A stretch of DNA of 64,000 nucleotides from the NCBI GenBank assembly GCA_021325275.1, contig JAJPHL010000033.1, positions 63,291-127,290 on the forward strand. Reading direction: 5' to 3'. The DNA comes from Terriglobia bacterium (GTDB lineage: Bacteria > Acidobacteriota > Terriglobia > JAJPHL01). The position numbers and the translations under genes are program-made. Under the pieces are notes generated by a model. It saw only the letters and a list, made by a program, of their open reading frames with translations, ran no database searches and had not been told where the DNA came from. This document shows positions 1 to 7,207 of this stretch, in pieces. The first letter of the stretch is position 1. Each line of letters starts with the position of its first letter.

Positions 1-224
1 TTTTTGTTCCCGCATTTAGTTAGATGGATGCGCGACATGTTGGGTTACTCGGCCCTAAGTGGCGCAGTGCCATGCGTCTAGAGAGCGTGGAAACTCTCGG
101 CTGCGGAAGGCTGGCGTCCTACATAACGGAGCGGCACTTCACCGACGCGCCAGCGCATGATCTGCTTGAATGTGACTAACATCCCTGCCAGTCTCCCCAG
201 CCGGACCTAAGGTCAACCCTTACA

Positions 225-701
225 CTAAGAAGCTTCTGCGAGATCTTTGAAGCCAGGCAAGCGGTGATCGACGCCACATAACTGCCTACGGCTTGCGTCC
301 AGCGCCGCTCCTCCGCCTCCAAGTGCGGCCGTAATGATCCCCCCAGCTAGGCCGGCGGCTGCTGCCTGATTGTGGCAAGCATCGATGACTGCTCCAATAT
401 CGCCTGGCGGATCAATATCTACTACTAGCCATGCATGAACATACATCCATTGGCAGTCAGTGCAGTATTTAGTACAGGTCTTTATTCCGGTATGGTCAAT
501 TTCGCTAACCTCGCAGCATTGTGTACGGGTGTGGGGCGGGGTGGTCGGATCGCGCCAAACGGCAATTTCTTTCTCGAAGTGGGCTGACGCGATGCCAGTT
601 GTCGTCTTCGTGTGATCCGAATCGTAGACAAAGGCCGTCGGTCGTCTGTTCTGCATCTCCATCTTGAGCCTCCAAATGTCGCTGGTTAGGGAAATCTCCA
701 A
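225..701 (-). CDS. hypothetical Cys-rich / Gly-rich small protein (low-GC patch)
   Basis: 158-aa ORF with multiple Cys (CC, CxxxC, CxxC) and a C-terminal GLAGGIITAALGGGGAA Gly-rich stretch. Local GC is clearly below the window average. No recognisable family and the start is ambiguous. Confidence 0.3.
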   Translation of the reverse strand: MEISLTSDIWRLKMEMQNRRPTAFVYDSDHTKTTTGIASAHFEKEIAVWRDPTTPPHTRTQCCEVSEIDHTGIKTCTKYCTDCQWMYVHAWLVVDIDPPGDIGAVIDACHNQAAAAGLAGGIITAALGGGGAALDASRRQLCGVDHRLPGFKDLAEAS

Positions 702-968
702 CCCGGGAGCTTACCACAATTGACTGAGCGCACACGGCACTATCGCGTTCACAACCTTGAACCGCGCCAGCTAGTTTCCCAGGACGGCCTATCGGCAACA
801 AGCCAAACGACGGAACGTGATAACGAGCTTGAGCTCGTTGTCGAGGTTGATGCCGACAAGGCCAATGCCTCGATCAAGAGCGTCAACATCGGCCTGTCCG
901 GCATGGAGCAGGCGGCTGTCCAGGCTGCGCGCTTATCTACAAGGTCCTAGAGTTATAATCGGAGCCAA

Positions 969-2735
969 GTGATCCATTTCGACGATTTCGAACTCGACCC
1001 CGCCGGCGAACTTAGGCGATCCGGCGCCGTGGTAAAACTTCCTCCGCAACCATTGCGTGTGCTGGCTTTGCTCGCGTCGCGCCCGGGCATGGTTGTTTCG
1101 CGCGAAGAGATTCGCCGCGAGATTTGGGGTCAAGACGTCTACGTCGATTTTGATCGCGGGCTGAATTCCTGCATCAAGCAAGTGCGCCACGCCGTCGGTG
1201 CGCAGTACATCGAGACGATTCCGAAACGCGGCTACCGTTTTCTTGGGGTGATCCGCGCGGAAGACGCGATTGTCTCGCTGGCGTCCCAGCCCAACCGGGA
1301 GAGGTTCTGGCAATACGTTGCGGCCGCCGCGTTCATCTGCGGACTCTCGTTGTCGGTGCTCCTCTCGGGACTCGCCGTGCATTTTGCGGAGCGTCGCGCG
1401 AATCTTCACAGCGGACGCGTGCTGGTCGCCGTGCTGCCGTTCGATTCCGGCACTGATTCATTGGGCGTTTCTTTCAGTGATGGCTTGACCGAAGAGACCA
1501 TCGCGCAACTAAGCCGCTTTCCTTCCGACCGCGTCGGCGTGATCGCGCGGACCGGGAAAACGCCTCAAAGCCTCCCGGATGTCGACTACATCCTGCAAGG
1601 CGCGGTGCGCCGCGACGGCCCGCGCGTTCGTGTCAGCGCGCACCTCATCAATGTTCGCGATCAAACGCAGCGTTGGTCGGAGACGTACGCAGGCGAATCG
1701 GGAGATTCACTGGCGGTTCAAACGCGCATCTCGCGGCAAATGGCGCGATCGTTGGCGGGCGAGCTGCTGCCGGGCGCGAATCTCGCGAGATTGGCCGAGT
1801 CGCGCGCGGCCACCACATCGTCGGCGGCGTTCGACGCGTACCTGCACGGACAGCAGTCGCTCGGTCAGCGGAACGACCGCGGATTTGCGGATGCGGCTGA
1901 ATCCTTTTCGCGCGCCACGCGCGAAGATCCCGGGTACGCGCTGGCTTACGCGGCTCTCGCCGACACCTACAGCTTGATGGGCGAGTATTACGTCCTCCCG
2001 CCGACCGAAGCCTTTCCGCTGGCGCGCGACGCCGCGCGTCACGCGGTGGAACTCGACGATTCGTTGGCCGAGGCGCAAGCGGCGCTGGCGCTCGAGATGG
2101 CCAAGTACGAATGGGATTGGACCGGCGCGGAAGTGCGCTTCCAGCGGGCCCTTGAACTAAACGCCGGCTACGCGCCCGCGCATCAGTGGTACGCGGAGTT
2201 GCTTTCGGCCGAAGGGCGCCACGACGAAGCGATCGCCGAAATCGAGCGTGCGCGCCGTCTCGATCCACACTCGTTGATCATTCAATCGGTGGACGGCTAC
2301 ATTTATTACAACGCGCGTCGCTACGACGAAGCGATCGAACGGTGCCGCGCGGTGCTCGACCGCGATCCGCGCTTCCTGCCGGCGCTGGAGTTTCTGGCGC
2401 TGGCGTACGAACATAAGGGAATGACAGAAGAAACGGCGGCACTCGAGCGCGTGGCCGCCGCGCAAGCGACAGTCGGCGTACGCTCGGTGCGTTTTATCGC
2501 CGACAACGCGTCGCGGCCTACGGACATGTCGGACAAGTCGGACGCATCGCCGTACAGCGTGGCCGCGCGTTACGCCGTGCTCGGCCGCCGCGACCTGGCG
2601 TTCCGTTGGCTCGATCGCGCGGCCGAGCGTCGCGATGCGCTGATCACATTTGCGAAGGTCGATCCGAACCTTGACGCGATCCGCGAGGATCCGCGGTTTT
2701 CGGACTTGTTGAGAAAGATCCGTTTGCCGAGGTAG
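969..2735 (+). CDS. CadC/ToxR-like transcriptional regulator: N-terminal OmpR/PhoB-type winged-helix DNA-binding domain, one TM segment, C-terminal TPR repeats
   Basis: N-terminus ...LRVLALLASRPGMVVSREEIRREIWGQDVYVDFDRGLNSCIKQVRHAV...IETIPKRGYRF is a trans_reg_C winged helix. A hydrophobic segment at about aa 120-140 is followed by TPR-like repeats (AYLHGQQ, AYAALADTYSLMGEY, LELNAGYAPA). Confidence 0.8.
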   Translation: MIHFDDFELDPAGELRRSGAVVKLPPQPLRVLALLASRPGMVVSREEIRREIWGQDVYVDFDRGLNSCIKQVRHAVGAQYIETIPKRGYRFLGVIRAEDAIVSLASQPNRERFWQYVAAAAFICGLSLSVLLSGLAVHFAERRANLHSGRVLVAVLPFDSGTDSLGVSFSDGLTEETIAQLSRFPSDRVGVIARTGKTPQSLPDVDYILQGAVRRDGPRVRVSAHLINVRDQTQRWSETYAGESGDSLAVQTRISRQMARSLAGELLPGANLARLAESRAATTSSAAFDAYLHGQQSLGQRNDRGFADAAESFSRATREDPGYALAYAALADTYSLMGEYYVLPPTEAFPLARDAARHAVELDDSLAEAQAALALEMAKYEWDWTGAEVRFQRALELNAGYAPAHQWYAELLSAEGRHDEAIAEIERARRLDPHSLIIQSVDGYIYYNARRYDEAIERCRAVLDRDPRFLPALEFLALAYEHKGMTEETAALERVAAAQATVGVRSVRFIADNASRPTDMSDKSDASPYSVAARYAVLGRRDLAFRWLDRAAERRDALITFAKVDPNLDAIREDPRFSDLLRKIRLPR

Positions 2736-2737
2736 CG

Positions 2738-3028
2738 ATGGCAACGAAATCGCCCGAAGAACAGGAAGACTTTCTGCAGCATGGTCGTTTCGGCGAAGGC
2801 CAGCCGAAGGTCAGGCGACCATTGTCGCCGCTTGTAAAAGCGGCGATGGTCTGCTTCGGTCTCGCCATCGTCTCTATCGCCGTGCCGGTGCTCCTGCACA
2901 TTGGTCGAGATGACGGCTCGCCATTCTTCCTGCTCGGCGCAATATTTTGCTTCGCGCAAGGACTCGCATTCGCCATCACTGCTGGTGTTCGTGAATTGCT
3001 GAGCCGGAACAGCGGAGGCGTTCGGTAA
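2738..3028 (+). CDS. small hypothetical membrane protein (2 predicted TM)
   Basis: 96-aa ORF 3 nt after the upstream stop, with two hydrophobic stretches (AAMVCFGLAIVSIAVPVLL; FFLLGAIFCFAQGLAFAITAGV). No family recognised. Confidence 0.45.
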   Translation: MATKSPEEQEDFLQHGRFGEGQPKVRRPLSPLVKAAMVCFGLAIVSIAVPVLLHIGRDDGSPFFLLGAIFCFAQGLAFAITAGVRELLSRNSGGVR

Positions 3029-3046
3029 CGCACGCACTGAGCCACC

Positions 3047-3451
3047 ATGAAAACTGAGTTGCTGACCTTCAACGGCGCCGTCGAGCGCGATCCCGCCATC
3101 GAAGCGTGGATGAAAAAGCATCGCGGTGAACCCGGTGCGATGGCGCGCGAGTGGTTCGAGGTGATGCGCGCGTGCGGCGACGAAGTCCGCGAGCTTGTGC
3201 ATGATGGTTGTCCCGTGGCATGTTTCGGCGACGTGCCGTTTGCGTACGTGAACGTCTTCACGTCGCACATGAACGTGGGATTTTTTCAAGGCGCATCGCT
3301 GCCGGATCCGGCGCGACTGCTACAGGGCGAAGGGAAATACATGCGTCACGTGAAGCTGAAACCCGGAGCGGCCGTAAACGCCACCGCACTCCGCCAGCTG
3401 ATCGAAACGGCGTACGCGGACATCAAATCGCGCGTCGAGCACGGCTTCTAA
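3047..3451 (+). CDS. DUF1801 (YdhG-like) domain protein
   Basis: 134 aa with the layout typical of DUF1801 proteins (DPAIEAWMKKH...FEVMRAC...NVFTSHMNVGFFQGASLPDP...). Good ORF in GC-rich context. Confidence 0.6.
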   Translation: MKTELLTFNGAVERDPAIEAWMKKHRGEPGAMAREWFEVMRACGDEVRELVHDGCPVACFGDVPFAYVNVFTSHMNVGFFQGASLPDPARLLQGEGKYMRHVKLKPGAAVNATALRQLIETAYADIKSRVEHGF

Positions 3452-3460
3452 TGGTGCTGT

Positions 3461-3570
3461 CTTAGTTTGAATTCTAGCGGCTCCGCCGCAGGAAGGTGGC
3501 TCCAGTCCCTCGGAAAGGCAAAGCCTTTCCGCACAAAGTAGCGGCGGAGCCGCTAGAAATTCAAACTAAG
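3461..3570. repeat. REP/MITE-like nested palindromic element (family copy 1)
   Basis: Outer 29-bp inverted repeat cttagtttgaattctagcggctccgccgc / gcggcggagccgctagaaattcaaactaag enclosing an inner perfect hairpin cggaaaggcaaagcctttccg. The same core motifs (gcggctccgccgc, tttgtgcggaaaggc...gcctttccg) recur at ~18.6 kb and ~60.9 kb. Confidence 0.75.
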
Positions 3571-3592
3571 ACACCACGCTTCTAATCGGAAA

Positions 3593-4429
3593 CTAGCTTT
3601 TGCTTCCGCTCACGATCAGCACTTCCGCGGGGAAACTCACACCGTTACCGCTCGAATACCCACGAAACAAATCGATTGCTTGGCGTTTCGCCTCCGCCAT
3701 TTGCTCCGCGGACAGCCCCGCGACGCGTTCCTTCAGCGATTCCGACAACTCCAGCCGCAGCGTCCAGAGTTCTTCCACCGAAATCGGCGCGGCGATGTTG
3801 AATCGGTGGATTCGCTCCGAGGCGTCGCGCACTCCTGCCTCGCGAAACACCTCGAGCAACGCGCCGGGACGCGCAAAGCGGAACATGTCGCCGTTCGGCG
3901 GGGGAGGCACGGGTTCAACGTAGCGATCGATCACTCGCGAGAGCGTGTGAAAGAACGCATTGCTCTCGGAGGTATGCCAAACCGCCAACGCGAGTTTTCC
4001 ACCGGGCTTCAGGACTCGCAACATTTCGCGGACTCCATCCACGGGCGACGGAAAAAACATTATGCCGAAACGGCTGACCACAGCGTCGAATGTTGCGTCG
4101 GGAAATGGCAGATGGTCCGCGGGAGCCGCGTCGAACTTTGCGTTTGTGAGGCCGCGGCGTTCCGTTTCGCGTCGCGCGGCTTCGATCATTGGCGCGACGA
4201 CATCGGTTCCGTGAACTCTGCCCACCAACGGCGCGATGCTCAAAGCAGGCTCGCCGGGACCCGTCGCTACGTCGAGAACTGTTTGTCCTCCGGAGATCCG
4301 CGCGTCTTCGATCAGCGCATCGGTTACCGGAGCGAACATTCCCTTGATGATCTCGCGATGCTTCTCCCAATACTGAGCCGCATCACTCCATCGTTGGACC
4401 TGGTCTTTGGGGTCTGGGCTGGACGGCAT
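3593..4429 (-). CDS. class I SAM-dependent methyltransferase (UbiE/Methyltransf_11-like)
   Basis: Motif I VLDVATGPGEPA and post-I DATFDAVVSRFGIMFF...LKPGGKLALAV. 278 aa. Confidence 0.85.
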   Translation of the reverse strand: MPSSPDPKDQVQRWSDAAQYWEKHREIIKGMFAPVTDALIEDARISGGQTVLDVATGPGEPALSIAPLVGRVHGTDVVAPMIEAARRETERRGLTNAKFDAAPADHLPFPDATFDAVVSRFGIMFFPSPVDGVREMLRVLKPGGKLALAVWHTSESNAFFHTLSRVIDRYVEPVPPPPNGDMFRFARPGALLEVFREAGVRDASERIHRFNIAAPISVEELWTLRLELSESLKERVAGLSAEQMAEAKRQAIDLFRGYSSGNGVSFPAEVLIVSGSKS

Positions 4430-4908
4430 TACTTTTTGAATAAATCGTCGAATGCTTGACGCGCCGACGAGCCTTGCCGCGGTGGACCTTGCGGCGATGA
4501 ACTACTTGGGCGCGACATCGGCACGCCGGCGGACGATGTTTCTTTCTCCACCGTCACGCGCATCTGGTAAAACGTGCATTCGTTGCGTTGATCTTTCTTG
4601 GCGATTCGCACCGGGATCGGTTGCGTGCATTCGAACCGCGCGCCGGTGTCGAAGTTCACGCACTGTTTGCACGAATGCAACTCGAAGTGGCACTTCGGGC
4701 ATTGACCCGTCACGTCGACGTCGAGCGGAAGCACCGTTCCGCACCCGGCGCAGCGCGAAAGTCCGCGGCGTCCCGGCATGACCGGTGAGCGCGGGCGCTC
4801 GTGCGACATGGGAGTGCGCGGCGCACCCGGCGGTTTTTCTCGTTTTTCGAAAGTTTCTTTGCGCGGACGGTCGTCGTCCTGATAGCCCTTCTGACGGTAC
4901 TTTGCCAT
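4429..4908 (-). CDS. zinc-ribbon protein with Lys/Arg-rich N-terminus; overlaps the downstream methyltransferase start
   Basis: CAGCG...CPKCHFELHSCKQC...C gives three or four CxxC pairs (Zn-ribbon or treble clef). Its stop overlaps the methyltransferase start by 1 nt, which suggests an operon. Confidence 0.5.
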   Translation of the reverse strand: MAKYRQKGYQDDDRPRKETFEKREKPPGAPRTPMSHERPRSPVMPGRRGLSRCAGCGTVLPLDVDVTGQCPKCHFELHSCKQCVNFDTGARFECTQPIPVRIAKKDQRNECTFYQMRVTVEKETSSAGVPMSRPSSSSPQGPPRQGSSARQAFDDLFKK

Positions 4909-5062
4909 GCTACTTTCGCCTCTTTGCTCTCAAGCCCCGTACTGCTACACCCGCCCCCGGGTGCATCGTGATTGAAGATCCTCTTAAGCCCTGTTCGTGA
5001 CGCGGAAGGGAACGGCCTTTATTGCTGACTCGGTAAAGTCCCTAGGGAGGATGCCGTTCGCT

Positions 5063-5803
5063 CTATTCCCAACGAAAGGTCTTTGCTGAGACTAGCACGC
5101 CGCCGACCATAATTGCCAGCAGAATTGTAACGTCGCCCGTGTATTCGCTCCATGGCTTGCCGAACCAAAGGCCCTGCACAAGGGACACCACGTGGTACAG
5201 AGGAAGGATCTTCATGTAGGGATGCATCCACGCCGGAAAGTTGTCCACGGGAATCGTTGCGCCCGAGAGAAAAATCATCGGATAGAAGATCAGGTTCGAA
5301 AGCATGAGGCCGGTGCGGGCGGTGGTCGCCAGTCCCGCCACCACAAAACCGAGCGCGAAGAAACTGAACGAGCCCAGCAAGAGCGCGAGGAACACGCTGA
5401 TCACGTTTCCGAAAAATCGAACGTGAAAAACGAAGGAGCCGGTGGCGATCAGCAAGGCGATGGAGACCAGGGTCATCGCCAGCAGCGTGAAGACTTGCGC
5501 CGTCAGGATGGTTTGCGGAAAAAGCGGCGTGGCGCGAAGCCGGCGCAAAATGCCGCGCTCGCGAGCCGCGGCCATGGTGATGATCAATGCCGGGAGTCCG
5601 GTGGTGGCGATGATCAACGCGATGTAGCCCGGCAGTAGCATGTCCACGATGCCGTAGCCGCGTCCCGGAATCGGTTTGTTGCTGTAAAGCGAGCCGAACA
5701 ACAGGATCATCATCTGCGGAAACATCATGGTGAAAAAAAAGCCGGAAGGCTCTCGCAGGAAGAGCTTGAAATCGACGATGAAGAGTTTTCCGAGGCCGCG
5801 CAT
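5063..5803 (-). CDS. ABC-2 family transporter permease
   Basis: Six hydrophobic segments and ABC-2 permease-like organisation (MRGLGKLFIVDFKLFLREPSGFFFTMMFPQ...). The supplied ORF is trimmed to internal Met 70 codons downstream, because the upstream extension is hydrophilic and non-conserved. No cognate ATPase is adjacent. Confidence 0.65.
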   Translation of the reverse strand: MRGLGKLFIVDFKLFLREPSGFFFTMMFPQMMILLFGSLYSNKPIPGRGYGIVDMLLPGYIALIIATTGLPALIITMAAARERGILRRLRATPLFPQTILTAQVFTLLAMTLVSIALLIATGSFVFHVRFFGNVISVFLALLLGSFSFFALGFVVAGLATTARTGLMLSNLIFYPMIFLSGATIPVDNFPAWMHPYMKILPLYHVVSLVQGLWFGKPWSEYTGDVTILLAIMVGGVLVSAKTFRWE

Positions 5804-5857
5804 TTTCGGGTAGAGCGTTATTTTGTCATAGAACGTTCTTGTGTCACAATCAAACCG

Positions 5858-6916
5858 ATGCAGCAATCTGTAGCGATTACTCCGGGACGCGCGAATTCCA
5901 CGCGATTCGTGGAAATTCCCGATGCCCCCGCGCCAGGATCCGGCGAAGTTCGCGTGCGCGTGCTCGACGTCGGCATCGACGGCACGGATATGGAATTGAT
6001 CGCCGGACATTTCGGATCACCGCCGCCCGGCAGCGAGTTCCTGGTAATCGGCCACGAATGCCTGGGCGTGATCGAGCAAACCGGCGCGGGGGTCGCGCTG
6101 CGTCCCGGCGATTTCGTGGCGGCGATGGTGCGGCGTCCCGACGATTGCGCGAACTGTCGCGCGGGATCAAGCGACTTGTGCACTACGATGAAGTACACCG
6201 AGCGCGGCATCACCAGCGCGCACGGTTTTCTCACGTCGCACTACACGGATCGCGCGGAATTTGTCGTGCGCATCCCGCCGGAGTTGCGATCGATCGGTGT
6301 GATGACCGAACCGTGGTCGGTGGCGGCGAAGGCGCAGCGCCACGCTTGGGAAATTCAGCGGCGGATGATCTGGAGTCCCACGCGCGCGCTGGTGATGGGC
6401 GCGGGCAGCTTGGGATTGCTTGCGGCGTTCTTGTTGCGGCTGCGCGGACTCGAAGTCAGCGTGTTTTCGCGCGAGCCGGCCGATTCGTCGCGTGCGAAAT
6501 TACTGGAATGCGCCGGCGTCCGCTACTTGACGTCGCTGGAGTCAAAGCCCGGCGGCGAATATGATTTCGTCTTCGAGGCGACCGGCGCGCCGCAACTTGT
6601 GATCGCGGGACTGGAACGCTTGCGCGCCAGCGGCGTGATGGTCGTTTTGGGCACGGGGCACGATCGCGAGCCGAGGCCGCTGGCGTTGGGCCCGATCGCC
6701 ACACGCCTGATGATCAATAATCAAGTGCTGTTCGGCAGCGTCAATTCCAACCGCCGCGACTTCGAGCAGACCGTCGTCGATCTCGGCGAGATGGAACGCC
6801 GCTGGCCCGGCTTGATCGGCGCGATGTTCACGCGACGGGCGCCATTCGCGCGCTTCGCGGACGTGCTGCAGAGAGGGGAAGAGGATATCAAGGTTGCGAT
6901 CGAGGTCGGTGCGTGA
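5858..6916 (+). CDS. zinc-dependent medium-chain dehydrogenase/reductase (glucose/alcohol dehydrogenase-like)
   Basis: GHECLG Zn-binding motif, CxxC structural Zn site (CANCRAGSSDLC), Rossmann motif GAGSLG. 352 aa. Confidence 0.85.
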   Translation: MQQSVAITPGRANSTRFVEIPDAPAPGSGEVRVRVLDVGIDGTDMELIAGHFGSPPPGSEFLVIGHECLGVIEQTGAGVALRPGDFVAAMVRRPDDCANCRAGSSDLCTTMKYTERGITSAHGFLTSHYTDRAEFVVRIPPELRSIGVMTEPWSVAAKAQRHAWEIQRRMIWSPTRALVMGAGSLGLLAAFLLRLRGLEVSVFSREPADSSRAKLLECAGVRYLTSLESKPGGEYDFVFEATGAPQLVIAGLERLRASGVMVVLGTGHDREPRPLALGPIATRLMINNQVLFGSVNSNRRDFEQTVVDLGEMERRWPGLIGAMFTRRAPFARFADVLQRGEEDIKVAIEVGA

Positions 6917-6931
6917 AACCGACAGCATCCA

Positions 6932-7204
6932 ATGAAAAAGAAATCCACCGGTCGCCCTTGTGAATATTGTAATGGGATTGCAGAGTCCCGCACTATGCGG
7001 ATCGCATTCCCTTACATGGGCGAGACCACCTACATTGACGGTGTTCCCGTGTGGGTCTGCAACAAATGCGCGGAACAGTATTTCGACGGGCCGGTTTACG
7101 AACGTTTGGAGGCGATTGCCAAACGGCGCAACTCCTTGCGCAAGACGATTACCTTTCCTTTGGGCCGATACACCGCTGCGGCGCACATCAATCGGCCGGC
7201 CTAG
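6932..7204 (+). CDS. YgiT-type (MqsA-like) zinc-finger domain protein, stand-alone
   Basis: CEYCNG...CNKCAE pair of CxxC motifs with FPYMGE...GVPVWVC spacing typical of the TIGR03831 YgiT-type Zn finger. No toxin partner adjacent. Confidence 0.5.
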   Translation: MKKKSTGRPCEYCNGIAESRTMRIAFPYMGETTYIDGVPVWVCNKCAEQYFDGPVYERLEAIAKRRNSLRKTITFPLGRYTAAAHINRPA

Positions 7205-7207
7205 GGT

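Noticed and set aside
720-950. 76-aa + strand ORF just upstream of the CadC-like regulator
   Set aside because: No start-site context and no recognisable domain, and it overlaps antisense ORFs. Left uncalled, though it might be a gene fragment in the low-GC patch.
1648-2268. Long ORFs on the opposite strand or in alternative frames within the CadC-like gene (e.g. 1648..2268 -, 1707..2078 -, 2157..2744 -)
   Set aside because: Arg/Ala/Pro-rich low-complexity translations typical of out-of-frame reading of GC-rich DNA. The sense-frame product has clear domain signatures.
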